Positions 1 through 8,870 are shown, counted from the first letter of the stretch. The stretch: DNA of 32,000 nucleotides from an uncultured Erysipelotrichaceae bacterium (GCA_942492995.1 OW818653.1:1200001-1232000); one strand, 5' to 3'. The notes: a model not told the origin generated them from the letters alone. Numbers and translations: made by a program.

Positions 1-232
1 TCCACATTTTATCAGTAAAGATATGTTCAACACTTTCTTCACCTAAAACATGTGTATCAGGAAATGCGTCAGTTAGTGATTTGATCAATGTATCTTGTAC
101 TAAAATATCTAAATCTGTAACGATATTATCAAATTCATTATCTTTAACAATTACTTCATGTATTGTTTTACTTAATACTAATTGTCGTATTTCTGGTAAT
201 AACTTCTCTAAGAACTCTATTTTTTCTCTCAT
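1..232 (-). CDS. Inositol monophosphatase (IMPase/SuhB) family phosphatase; only the N-terminal 77 codons are present and the gene runs off the left edge
   Basis: Absent from the ORF track because it is truncated by the window edge. The minus-strand ATG at 232-230 has GAGG 7 nt upstream. The translation MREKIEFLEKLLPEIRQLVLSKTIHEVIVKDNEFDNIVTDLDILVQDTLIKSLTDAFPDTHVLGEESVEH fits the IMPase-family N-terminal pattern (D-x-V-T-x-x-D ... P-x-x-x-x-L-G-E-E). Confidence 0.65.
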   Translation of the reverse strand, partial: MREKIEFLEKLLPEIRQLVLSKTIHEVIVKDNEFDNIVTDLDILVQDTLIKSLTDAFPDTHVLGEESVEHIFTDKMW

Positions 233-257
233 CGTTTAAACCTCATATTCTATTGTA

Positions 258-1508
258 TCAAATCATTCTCTTATTTCGTCGTATTTGCTTAATTTCACTT
301 ATTAAACTTTCAATGAATCGTTCACCTTCACCTTTAACAAATAAACTCGTTAATCCTTCATAGGTATTTTCATATGATTCTTCATCTACACAATAGCCAA
401 TTGATGTATTCGTTAATCCAAATAATATTATTGGATGATCTACTTGTTTTTTTAAGCTTAAGTATAAACTTGAAAATAATTCCATCGGTACACAACATAT
501 TATTATTTCATCCAGATCGATAATCGAATATTCTATTTCTTGAACATTAGAAATATCCATTTGTAGTCGATGTTCTAATACAGTATTTGTCGCGTTTAGG
601 AGTTTGAGTGCATCTTGATTTGATGTCGTTTGAATTAACTCTTTATTTAATTGAATCGCGTCTTCAATTCTACTTTTATCGTTCGAACAAATGAAATCAA
701 ACTTTTTTTGATAAAGTACAAATTCAGAGATATTTAATAATCTCGAATCTAATTGAATTGGAATCTGATTCAATATGCCATTTCCTGTTCGAATTAGTTC
801 TAATTCATCCGAACTAAGTCGATAATGGCGATTGCTTATATCACCTTCTGCCCCATTTGTCATTATGACGGGACAATTATATCGTTCTTCTAAACCTTGA
901 CGAATTATACCCATTAAATCAGAGCTTATTTTTGTGTTTTGTGCACCAAGAATTGTTGGATGACAAGCTAAATTAACTAATAGTGCAATAGTCTTATCAT
1001 CATGATTAAATTGAACAATTCTTATATTCTTATCACTTAGCTTATTCGGATCATTTCGATTCCCATAATATCCATCAATCGAAATTTCAGAATAACTTAA
1101 TGAACATTCTATTAGATTATCTAGACTTTCTTTTACACTATTTAAGCTAATATCAACTAAGAAATCTAAGTAACTTTCTTGAACTTCTGATTCTGTTTTA
1201 ATCCCAAATAGACCATCACGTAATACTTCTGGACCTGCATGTGTATGACTTGGTATCGTAAAGATATGTGATTTTAAAATGCGAGTATTAATTGAAATAC
1301 TATCTCGAATTCGATTCGATAAATACTCATCAAACTGTAAGAGATCATATGCGATAAAACACATTAATTCATTATTTATTTCTAGAACGAGTGATGTGCA
1401 ATAAATCGTGTCTAAAATATCCGTATGTTTACTTATCCTATTTATTTGACCGGATAAGTAACTTGGGATAATTGGATTGATATTTTTCTTAATTATTGAA
1501 ACGCGCAT
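258..1508 (-). CDS. Neutral/alkaline ceramidase N-terminal-domain-like putative amidohydrolase
   Basis: ORF 258..1520. The track start at 1520 is GTG with no SD. The in-frame ATG at 1508 follows AGAGG and is preferred. The block TIPSHTHAGPE resembles the [ST]HTH[AS]GP metal-site block of neutral ceramidases. Coding is secure; the function is a motif-level guess. Confidence 0.5.
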   Translation of the reverse strand: MRVSIIKKNINPIIPSYLSGQINRISKHTDILDTIYCTSLVLEINNELMCFIAYDLLQFDEYLSNRIRDSISINTRILKSHIFTIPSHTHAGPEVLRDGLFGIKTESEVQESYLDFLVDISLNSVKESLDNLIECSLSYSEISIDGYYGNRNDPNKLSDKNIRIVQFNHDDKTIALLVNLACHPTILGAQNTKISSDLMGIIRQGLEERYNCPVIMTNGAEGDISNRHYRLSSDELELIRTGNGILNQIPIQLDSRLLNISEFVLYQKKFDFICSNDKSRIEDAIQLNKELIQTTSNQDALKLLNATNTVLEHRLQMDISNVQEIEYSIIDLDEIIICCVPMELFSSLYLSLKKQVDHPIILFGLTNTSIGYCVDEESYENTYEGLTSLFVKGEGERFIESLISEIKQIRRNKRMI

Positions 1509-1520
1509 AGGACCTCTCAC

Positions 1521-1555
1521 ATTAAATAGGAAAAGGAATCTCGTTTGAGATTCCT
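1521..1555 (-). terminator. Candidate intrinsic terminator or attenuator between PTS IID and the ceramidase-like gene
   Basis: Perfect 9-bp inverted repeat aggaatctc/gagattcct (1534-1542 and 1547-1555) with a 4-nt loop. On the minus strand it is followed by TTTCCTATTT. Confidence 0.4.
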
Positions 1556-1578
1556 GATTGGAAGGGAGTTTATTATGA

Positions 1579-2406
1579 TTAGAATAAACCTAAGAAGCCA
1601 CCAACTAAGCCTAAGACTAAGAGAAGTGCGATACACTTAACTGCAGACCAGTTCTTATTTTTGATGAGCCAGTATAAACCTAATGTTAATCCAAGAGGAA
1701 TAAGTTTAGGTAAAATACCATCTAAGATTGTTTGTAAAACAATAGGACTTTCACCGTTAGGAATCGTTAGAGCGATTGTTGTACCACCGTATAGGGAGGT
1801 AAGGGCACCAACAACCAAGATACCTAAGATAGAAGCAGCACGTGTAAATTCTTTTGCGTTACGCGTGATTGCTTCAATTGCTTTAGTACCTAGATTATAG
1901 GACCAGTGCATTAACCAATAACGTACGCCAAATTGTACAACGTTAAACATTAATAAGAATACGATAGGACCAGCGATACTGCCATCAAGAGCCATATTAG
2001 CACTGATACCAGCTGCGATTGGAACTAATGTAAACCAGAATATTGCATCACCGATACCACCTAAAGGACCCATTGCGGCAACACGTACTGCACGAATTGT
2101 AGCAACATCTGCTTTTTCTTGTTCAAGTGATAGAACGATACCCATAACGAATGTGACTAAGAATGGGTGAGTATTAAAGAACTCAAGGTTGTGTTGCATG
2201 GATAACGATAAGTCTTCCTTATTGGTATGAATTTTCTTCAAACCTGGAATAATACCGTATAACCAACCTGCTGCTTGCATACGTTCATAGTTGAATGAAC
2301 CTTGTAAGAAGAGTGAACGCCAAGCCATTTGGTTCAAGGTCTTTTTGTCTAGCATTCCTGCTGGATTTAGATCACGATAATTTGTTGCAAGATTAGATGC
2401 CATCAT
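1579..2406 (-). CDS. PTS mannose/fructose/sorbose/GalNAc family EIID component
   Basis: The N-terminus LDKKTLNQMAWRSLFLQGSFNYERMQAAGW is the hallmark of Man-family IID. GGAGG lies 6 nt upstream of the ATG at 2406. It overlaps the IIC gene by 14 nt. Confidence 0.9.
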   Translation of the reverse strand: MMASNLATNYRDLNPAGMLDKKTLNQMAWRSLFLQGSFNYERMQAAGWLYGIIPGLKKIHTNKEDLSLSMQHNLEFFNTHPFLVTFVMGIVLSLEQEKADVATIRAVRVAAMGPLGGIGDAIFWFTLVPIAAGISANMALDGSIAGPIVFLLMFNVVQFGVRYWLMHWSYNLGTKAIEAITRNAKEFTRAASILGILVVGALTSLYGGTTIALTIPNGESPIVLQTILDGILPKLIPLGLTLGLYWLIKNKNWSAVKCIALLLVLGLVGGFLGLF

Positions 2407-3187
2407 TGCTTACCTCCTTTTTACCAAACTGTTTCATCTTAACATTGGTTTGATAATCGTAGAACGCTATTGCGAAACCAATTAAAGCGATTAAAGCTAG
2501 TGCTTGTCCGCCTAAACCAGATTTGTCGACGATGGTAGCCAATGCGAAACCAGCGAAATAAATTCCCCAATATTCGTTTGACATCATAACCTTCAATAAA
2601 ACCGCAAACCCTACGAAACGCATCATACCACCGGCTGCTTTAAGACCATTCCATACCCAAATAGGTAATGCGGTAGTTAAAGTTTCCCCGATTGCTTGAC
2701 CGAATAATAATCCCGCTAATACAACGAATGAGAAGAATAAGCCTAACAATGCCATCGTCGTATAGTTTAAACGTTCGATTGCTTTTGTGTCCGCATTCTT
2801 AGCAAATTCATCAGCTCTGGACATTAATGGTGAAGTAATAGTAAAGACTAAGATAACAGAATATTGACCCAATAAAGCAAACGGAATGGATAAACCAAGC
2901 GCTGCTTGAGGATCGGTAATCTTCATGGAAATTGCGAATACAGTCGCCATGATTCCACCAATTACTGCATTAGGTGGTTGAGCACCGCCGACCGGCATAC
3001 TACCAATCATCATTAATTGATACGATCCACCAACGATTAAGCCAGTGTTCATATCCCCAAGAATAGCCCCAACAACTGGACCCATTACGATTGGTTGATA
3101 TAATGATTCAAGGAAAGAGAACTGATCAATAGCGGCGATGAAAGTTACAATCATAACAAGTAAAATCTGAATAAAACTAAAAGTCAT
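2393..3187 (-). CDS. PTS mannose/fructose/sorbose/GalNAc family EIIC component
   Basis: 264-aa polytopic membrane protein of typical IIC size and composition. It sits between the IIB and IID genes. AAGGAG lies upstream of the ATG at 3187. Confidence 0.88.
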   Translation of the reverse strand: MTFSFIQILLVMIVTFIAAIDQFSFLESLYQPIVMGPVVGAILGDMNTGLIVGGSYQLMMIGSMPVGGAQPPNAVIGGIMATVFAISMKITDPQAALGLSIPFALLGQYSVILVFTITSPLMSRADEFAKNADTKAIERLNYTTMALLGLFFSFVVLAGLLFGQAIGETLTTALPIWVWNGLKAAGGMMRFVGFAVLLKVMMSNEYWGIYFAGFALATIVDKSGLGGQALALIALIGFAIAFYDYQTNVKMKQFGKKEVSNDGI

Positions 3188-3202
3188 ATTGTTTCATCTC
3201 CT

Positions 3203-3682
3203 TTATTTTTTAAATAATTTTTGAACATCTTCAGAACCTTCACTCGGTACTTTTCGAATCTCAAGTTCAACCTTAAGTTCGACTAACCTACGAAAAGCTT
3301 CCACATCTTTATCATCCACAGCCACAACAGTCGCAATCTGTCGTTTACCCTCAGCCATATGCATGTTTCCAATGTTAACCTTAGTAATTGGGACCCCTCC
3401 CTCTACCAAAGTTAGTACATCACTTGGAGAATCACACATAATAATAATCTTCTGCTCAGGACTAGCCTTATGAATGACATTAATTGTCTTCTCTAAGGTA
3501 AAATAACGAGTTTGGCAAAAACTAGGTGCAGCCATATCCATGAGACCTTGTCTAAAAGTATCATTCGCGACCTTGTCATTAGCCACAAGAATTAGATTTG
3601 CCTTAACACTTGAAGCCCATTGGGTTGCGACTTGCCCATGGATTAATCGGTTATCTATTCTTGTCAAAACTATATTTGCCAC
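3203..3682 (-). CDS. PTS mannose-family EIIB component
   Basis: The track ORF (3203..3934) is over-extended. A GTG at 3682 is preceded by GGAGGGAG. The product starts (M)ANIVLTRIDNRLIHGQVATQW, the canonical Man-family IIB N-terminus with the phospho-His, and 159 aa is the family-typical length. Confidence 0.88.
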   Translation of the reverse strand: MANIVLTRIDNRLIHGQVATQWASSVKANLILVANDKVANDTFRQGLMDMAAPSFCQTRYFTLEKTINVIHKASPEQKIIIMCDSPSDVLTLVEGGVPITKVNIGNMHMAEGKRQIATVVAVDDKDVEAFRRLVELKVELEIRKVPSEGSEDVQKLFKK

Positions 3683-3712
3683 TACACTCCCTCCATTCCT
3701 AGTAGCACTCAA

Positions 3713-3726
3713 TGAGAGCGCTTTAC
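3713..3726. promoter_or_regulatory. Weak cre-like (CcpA) pseudo-palindrome upstream of the PTS IIB operon
   Basis: TGAGAGCGCTTTAC compared with the cre consensus TGWAANCGNTNWCA gives 3 mismatches with the central CG conserved. It lies between the IIB ribosome-binding site and the divergent AraC gene. Confidence 0.25.
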
Positions 3727-3783
3727 CTATACTAAATATATCCTTAACGATAATTAATTGATTTGCATTTTTTCCTATACTAT
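3722..3783. promoter_or_regulatory. Two direct repeats in the divergent PTS/AraC control region; candidate AraC half-sites
   Basis: TTTACCTATACTAAAT (from 3722) and TTTTCCTATACTATTT (from 3770) share the exact 9-mer CCTATACTA at 3726-3734 and 3774-3782, 48 bp apart. Confidence 0.3.
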
Positions 3784-3855
3784 TTGTATTTTTCGATATA
3801 GAATTGAAATATAAATGAGAATAATCACAAACAAAAATGAGATGAGAAACCCCAA

Positions 3856-5019
3856 ATGTACAAAAAAACAACTTCAATTCAATGCGCAAAATATTGCGAA
3901 ATATTAAAAACTTTACCGAAAAATGCAAATTCAAACTATTTTATTGCTAAAAAGACTATTAAAAAGAAAACAATTGATGAATTATACGTTTATGATCGAT
4001 CTGTCTATGTCCAAGTCGAAAACGGAATTGTAGGCATTGTTTTTCAGAATCATGTGAACGATAAACCAGAATTATTCGCAATACACAAAACATTAAAAAT
4101 AAAAGCAGGTGTACATTTTAATTTTATTAGCTTATCTCAATCTGGAAATATTTCAATGCAGATTCACTCAAGCGCAATAAGTCAAAAAATAAGAATTCCT
4201 GATTTTGGATTTAGCGGAATTAAATCAACAATCAAAGTTCAAGAAATTTATGCTTATTACTACTCGACGAAAGGAAATTCATATTTCTTCGAAGGTGAAA
4301 AACATCCTTATTGGGAAATGACATTTGTCGATAATGGTGAATTAATTACGAATGTTGAAGGTGTTGACTATACACTTCCTCCACGATCCGTAATTTTTTA
4401 TGGTCCAGGACAGTTCCATACACAGAGAACAACAAGCCATAATACATGTTCATATATGACGATTATGTTTGATATGAAGGATATGCATCCAAGTAAATTA
4501 TCCCATCGTGTCATTCATTGCAGTAAAAATATGTATCAAACATTATCAATGTTTATGCATTTATCTAATGAGAAATGGGAACATATCAATGAATTATTAT
4601 TAAGTTTATTGAAATTACTTATCATATACGCAATGGATGAAACCAATGAAATAGAAATAGCGAATCAGAATATCAATCCTATGCAACAACACTATGAAGA
4701 TGAGTTGATGAATGAAATTATTCAATACATAAAAAATCATATTAACAGTTCATTAACCATTAATGAGATTTGTAATAAATTCGCGGTATCACGTTCATCA
4801 CTTCAATCCTTATTCAAACGTAATTTAGATGTTTCCCCAAAGCACTATATCAATGATATAAAGCTAGAACAGAGTAAGATTCTATTAAAGAATTCAGCTC
4901 GTACAGTAAGTGAGGTTAGTGATTTGTTGGGATTCGCTTCTATACATTACTTCTCCCGAAAGTTTAAATTACAGTACGGCATTGCGCCAAGTGAGTACGC
5001 TAAATCAATCGCAAACTAA
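3856..5019 (+). CDS. AraC family transcriptional regulator (cupin-like sensor domain plus C-terminal double HTH)
   Basis: The C-terminus INEICNKFAVSRSSLQSLFKRNLDVSPKHYINDIKLEQSKILLKNSARTVSEVSDLLGFASIHYFSRKFKLQYGIAPSEY is a classic AraC HTH. The upstream segment HPYWEMTFVDNGELI...GQFHTQ is cupin-like. The start is uncertain: the ATG at 3856 has no clear SD, and the next in-frame Met (codon 101) would give a family-typical 287 aa. Confidence 0.8.
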   Translation: MYKKTTSIQCAKYCEILKTLPKNANSNYFIAKKTIKKKTIDELYVYDRSVYVQVENGIVGIVFQNHVNDKPELFAIHKTLKIKAGVHFNFISLSQSGNISMQIHSSAISQKIRIPDFGFSGIKSTIKVQEIYAYYYSTKGNSYFFEGEKHPYWEMTFVDNGELITNVEGVDYTLPPRSVIFYGPGQFHTQRTTSHNTCSYMTIMFDMKDMHPSKLSHRVIHCSKNMYQTLSMFMHLSNEKWEHINELLLSLLKLLIIYAMDETNEIEIANQNINPMQQHYEDELMNEIIQYIKNHINSSLTINEICNKFAVSRSSLQSLFKRNLDVSPKHYINDIKLEQSKILLKNSARTVSEVSDLLGFASIHYFSRKFKLQYGIAPSEYAKSIAN

Positions 5020-5046
5020 AACCTCGAATTTATTGAGGTTTTTCTA
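5018..5046. terminator. Bidirectional intrinsic terminator between the convergent AraC and agaZ genes
   Basis: Stem aaaacctc/gaggtttt (5018-5025 and 5035-5042) with a 9-nt loop. U-tracts are possible on both strands. The agaZ stop codon (5030-5032) lies in the loop. Confidence 0.55.
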
Positions 5047-6316
5047 CTGCATAGAGGTAATCGCTCAAGACTTCACACACAACGTCTTTCACCCATGCCT
5101 CTGGTTGGTACGCTAACTTTCCTTCACGAACTTTGCGATATTGAATCGGCATATACTGACTTAACAATGAATACGGAATATCTTTAGTGTTATGGTATAA
5201 CACATTTATCGCATGTTCGATACGCAGATCTGGCATGTAATATCGACTTCGATCTGAGAAGCTGAATTTACGTTTAAATGCACATTCAAATTCATTTCCA
5301 TGATAATGTTTAACCCAATTCGATGGATTTTCTAACATAATTGATTCTAATACATCAATAAGATTTGATTGAAGCGATGGTTCTACCCAAGCTTTCTCAC
5401 AAAGCGCTAACGCAAATAGACCTTCTCTTAATGCGAACGTTAATGCAGGACCTACTTTTAATATCGCAATAGAATCATCCACCATTTCTTTTAATCCGAA
5501 ACGAGTTTGATAATCCGTTGAATGGCCTTCAAATACTAAACTTGGATAATTCGATAAACTTGTTATTAATGATTCTGCCTTTATTGGATTGTATTCATGA
5601 ACACTTGTATCAGAGAATTCAACCCCTGGTTGCACGACAACCGCTAATACACGTTGAAATACATGAGTTAAACCTTCTTTATCCATCACATCTTTATAGA
5701 CTTCGACAGTATTCTTAAAATCATCTACTTTAGTGATTTCAAGACCTTCTTCTATTTCTTGAGCACCACCTGGAATTGGCACTTCAGATCCAATGATATA
5801 AACCGGTAAGAGTGCATCAGGATGAGCTAGTTTTCGCTCTAGATAAGCTTTTTCACATACTTTCATTAAACGAATACCGCGTGATGCGATCGTCTCAGTA
5901 GATAATTCTTTATCATCCCCAAGATGCATACTGGTATCTAAATGTATTTTCGTAAATCCAGCTTTAACAAACTGTTCAACTAAAACTTCAGCTTTTATCA
6001 TCGCTTCTTCAGCGTTTAATTTTGACCATGTCAATGGACCTAAGTGATCTCCACCTAAGAATAATCGATTTAATGGAAAATCATATCTTTTCGCTAGATC
6101 ATAGACAAAATCAACATAATCCTGTGGTCTCATTCCTGTATAACCACCTTCTTGATTGACTTGATTAGCGGTAGCTTCAATGATTAAAGGACTTTGTTTA
6201 TCTTTGTAATATTCGAAACATGCTTCAATTACTTTAGGGCTTGCGGTACATATCGACACAATTCCGTGAATTGATGAATGTTTTCTTTGATCAAGCAAGC
6301 TTTTAAGAGGATGCAT
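5030..6316 (-). CDS. agaZ: GatZ/KbaZ/AgaZ family protein (tagatose-bisphosphate aldolase accessory subunit / tagatose-6-P-acting family)
   Basis: HGIVSICTASPKVIEACFEY...PLIIEATANQVNQEGGYTGMRPQDYVDFV closely parallels the E. coli GatZ N-terminus (ICSVCSAHPLVIEA...[20 protein letters not shown]). GGAGG lies upstream, and the start overlaps the yajC stop. Confidence 0.85.
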   Translation of the reverse strand: MHPLKSLLDQRKHSSIHGIVSICTASPKVIEACFEYYKDKQSPLIIEATANQVNQEGGYTGMRPQDYVDFVYDLAKRYDFPLNRLFLGGDHLGPLTWSKLNAEEAMIKAEVLVEQFVKAGFTKIHLDTSMHLGDDKELSTETIASRGIRLMKVCEKAYLERKLAHPDALLPVYIIGSEVPIPGGAQEIEEGLEITKVDDFKNTVEVYKDVMDKEGLTHVFQRVLAVVVQPGVEFSDTSVHEYNPIKAESLITSLSNYPSLVFEGHSTDYQTRFGLKEMVDDSIAILKVGPALTFALREGLFALALCEKAWVEPSLQSNLIDVLESIMLENPSNWVKHYHGNEFECAFKRKFSFSDRSRYYMPDLRIEHAINVLYHNTKDIPYSLLSQYMPIQYRKVREGKLAYQPEAWVKDVVCEVLSDYLYAVEKPQ

Positions 6317-6600
6317 TACTTTTCCTCCACAATGGATTGAATCGCAAAACGTGAAACTTTAACAGTTACTTTAGGCGCTATTTCTACAAGAGCGATGTCT
6401 TTATCCAAACTAATAACTTTTCCGTAGAATCCATTCGCTAACAACACTGAATTACCCACATCAAGTTTTGTATGTAGTTCTTCAAATGGTCTCTTTGATT
6501 TTCTTAATCGTAAGAAACTAACAATCATATAGATAATAACGAGGATAACTAAATCGATCGCAATAATCATACTTACATTGATGAATTGTTGAAGATCCAT
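6316..6600 (-). CDS. yajC: YajC-like small membrane protein (preprotein translocase subunit family)
   Basis: One N-terminal transmembrane segment followed by VGNSVLLANGFYGKVISLDKDIALVEIAPKVTVKVSRFAI, the YajC signature. It is translationally coupled on both sides. Confidence 0.75.
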   Translation of the reverse strand: MDLQQFINVSMIIAIDLVILVIIYMIVSFLRLRKSKRPFEELHTKLDVGNSVLLANGFYGKVISLDKDIALVEIAPKVTVKVSRFAIQSIVEEK

Positions 6601-7034
6601 TAGATACCATCCTCCATACCATCACGTTCAACTCGTACAGGCATTGTGAACTTAAGTAATTGATTCGAATCTTTTTCTAACATAATGTCCGCTAACTTCG
6701 ATGCGTCCGTTTCGTTGATACGCGCAAACAGAAGTTCTAAACAAGATGCTAAATTTATACCGGCTAATACTGATACATTTTCTTGTTTAACAGAAAGCGT
6801 TGCGGCTGACTTAAACGGTGATCCACCTAATAAATCACAGACGATAATTACACCATCATTTTTTTGTTTTAACTCAGTATACGCATCCATTAGATGCTTA
6901 TCCAAATCATCTGTTGATTCTGATTCTAAGAAGTTAACACCGATTAATGATTCCGCTTTACCTGCAATCATTTCGATACTACTCATCATTCCTTCAGAAA
7001 ATCTGCCGTGACCTGTAATTATAATTGCTATCAT
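6600..7034 (-). CDS. PTS mannose-family EIIA component
   Basis: MIAIIITGHGRFSEG (phospho-His context) and DLLGGSPFKSA match Man-family IIA. The start forms an ATGA overlap with the agaS stop. Confidence 0.88.
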   Translation of the reverse strand: MIAIIITGHGRFSEGMMSSIEMIAGKAESLIGVNFLESESTDDLDKHLMDAYTELKQKNDGVIIVCDLLGGSPFKSAATLSVKQENVSVLAGINLASCLELLFARINETDASKLADIMLEKDSNQLLKFTMPVRVERDGMEDGI

Positions 7035-8200
7035 AGTGTTTTTCTTTCTACAGGATAAATTGTTACACCTGTTACAACGCGATTTACTTCACCTGTTGGA
7101 CATGGATTATCGACAGTAATACCAAGTGAAATTGATTTAAAGAATCCAATCATATGCGCTAATACAATCATCTTTAATCCAACAAGTTCCATTGGTAAAT
7201 CATTGTATGTTAATTGAATTGAGTAATCTGTATTACATTCGATTTCTTCATGATTTATAACGAGTATTTTATACCCTTTTTGTTGGGATTTTAATTCACG
7301 AATTAAGTCTAATTCATATTTACGTGTTAATTTATCATCACTTAGATAAATCACAATTAATGTTTGATCATCAATAAACGATTTAGGACCATGTCTAAAT
7401 CCTGTTAGTGTATCAAACAATGTCGCAACTCTACCTGCTGTAAGTTCAAGTACTTTTAATGCACTCTCTTGTGCATAACCTTTCATACAATGTGACCCTA
7501 AGTAGATAATTCGTTCAAACTTAAAATCATCGATCATGTGACTCAAATATTCCGCATTCTTACTTATACTATTTTCAACTGAACTAGCTAAAAGTTTAAT
7601 TTTAGCTTCAAATGCATCTAATTGTTTAAGATTAAAACTTAATACAGTCGCAAGTAACATATTTGTAAAGCTAGATGTCATCGCAAATCCTAAATCATTG
7701 GTTTCATCCGGTAATACAAGTGCATACGTACGTTCTGTTGTTTTCGCAATGTTCGCTAATGCGCCATCTTTATTACAGGTAATAAACAAATGATACGCTT
7801 TATCTGTTGCGGCATTTGCGGCATTAACAGATCCTACTGATTCTGGTGAATTCCCACTTCTACCATACGATATAAATAGCGTATTTTTATTAGGATTCAC
7901 AAATAATGTCGGATTAAGAATCATATCCGTTGACGCAACACTACGAGCAGAAAATTGACTTATTTGATTAAGGTATTGTTCCAAGGAATTACCAATATAT
8001 TCACTTGTTCCTGCACCCATAAAAATAATGTCATATGTGCCCAATTCTCCACATTGATTTAAGAATATCTGAAGTTGGGTTTGTTGGGATTTGATTAATT
8101 CTAATGTCTTAAGCCATGTATGAGGTTGTTGAGTTATTTCTTTAGCGGTATCAAGCGCACTCAATTTTTTGAGTATTTCATCTGAAATTGTTAAATACAT
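7031..8200 (-). CDS. agaS: AgaS-type SIS-domain sugar-phosphate isomerase/deaminase (galactosamine-6-P class)
   Basis: 389 aa. The N-terminal TAKEITQQPHTWLKT and two SIS-like halves (GAGTSEYIG ..., GSHCMKGYAQESALK) fit the AgaS family. The operon context includes PTS IIA and agaZ. Confidence 0.85.
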   Translation of the reverse strand: MYLTISDEILKKLSALDTAKEITQQPHTWLKTLELIKSQQTQLQIFLNQCGELGTYDIIFMGAGTSEYIGNSLEQYLNQISQFSARSVASTDMILNPTLFVNPNKNTLFISYGRSGNSPESVGSVNAANAATDKAYHLFITCNKDGALANIAKTTERTYALVLPDETNDLGFAMTSSFTNMLLATVLSFNLKQLDAFEAKIKLLASSVENSISKNAEYLSHMIDDFKFERIIYLGSHCMKGYAQESALKVLELTAGRVATLFDTLTGFRHGPKSFIDDQTLIVIYLSDDKLTRKYELDLIRELKSQQKGYKILVINHEEIECNTDYSIQLTYNDLPMELVGLKMIVLAHMIGFFKSISLGITVDNPCPTGEVNRVVTGVTIYPVERKTL

Positions 8201-8335
8201 ATGTTTTACCTATCCTTATCGTATTTATTATAATACTCAGACTCATTTCTTATTTATCTTTTTCATTTCATCTTTTATCCTTATCACCATTTTTTACAAA
8301 ATAGGATTAAAATTCTTTCAAATCAAGTTTATAAT

Positions 8336-8857
8336 ATGACTATGAAACAAAACACTCAAAGAAGACGTATTCTTGGTATATTCTATGACAAAGATAATCA
8401 TCCATATTTTTACCAATCCAAACAAAAAACTGCTTATTTTATTCCGGAAAAAGATTTAAAGATTGCGGAAGTTGTCGCCTATCGTCATTGGATTGCGATC
8501 TCTGTTGGAGTCGTATTATTCTCGATATTTCCAAATGACATTTTCTATCCTGTAGCAGTTGGTGTGTTGTTGTATGTTGTATTAGAATGGTATTACCGTC
8601 AACGTATGTTAGCGAAATTTAAAAAGCTTAGTCCATATCATCCTCATCTAACACAAAAAGAAAAAGATTATAATGCGCAAAAGACATCAGTCGTATTATT
8701 AAAAACAATTGTTTATATCGTTGCGGCTGGTCTGCTCATTTGGACAATTTATGATCAGAAAAATGAAGGGGTTAGTTTAGCGATTCTTGTCGCAATGGTT
8801 GGTGTATGCGTCTTATCTGCTGGTCAAAATATTGTATTATTATATAAAAAAAGATAA
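8336..8857 (+). CDS. Hypothetical membrane protein (about 4 predicted transmembrane segments)
   Basis: The ORF has hydrophobic segments and I recognised no family. No SD is present. A TATAAT at 8330-8335 directly abuts ATG 8336 and lies 6 nt from the in-frame ATG 8342, which could therefore be a leaderless start. Confidence 0.55.
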   Translation: MTMKQNTQRRRILGIFYDKDNHPYFYQSKQKTAYFIPEKDLKIAEVVAYRHWIAISVGVVLFSIFPNDIFYPVAVGVLLYVVLEWYYRQRMLAKFKKLSPYHPHLTQKEKDYNAQKTSVVLLKTIVYIVAAGLLIWTIYDQKNEGVSLAILVAMVGVCVLSAGQNIVLLYKKR

Positions 8858-8870
8858 GTTTCCTTATCTT
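8844..8870 (-). terminator. Intrinsic terminator downstream of nagA
   Basis: Stem aagataag/cttatctt (8851-8858 and 8863-8870) with a 4-nt loop, followed on the minus strand by a run of 7 T. The hairpin contains the nagA stop codon and overlaps the 3' end of the plus-strand ORF. Confidence 0.5.

Noticed and set aside
163-363. 66-aa plus-strand ORF from the track
   Set aside because: It lies antisense across the start of the IMPase-family gene and the end of the ceramidase-like gene. The sequence is low-complexity and hydrophobic (poly L/I/F from AT-rich antisense) and has no ribosome-binding site.
1661-1900. 79-aa ORF antisense to PTS IID. The same class includes 3540..3761, 4910..5116, 5518..5718, 6685..7011, 11241..11468, 11968..12150, 13157..13369 and 26911..27105.
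   Set aside because: Each is fully embedded antisense (or out of frame) in a gene with a strong family signature. None has a ribosome-binding site or a recognisable motif.
3683-3934. N-terminal 84-codon extension of the PTS IIB ORF in the track (start at 3934)
   Set aside because: The extension is a low-complexity translation of the divergent promoter region and overlaps the AraC start. A GTG at 3682 with a strong GGAGGGAG site gives the family-typical N-terminus and length.
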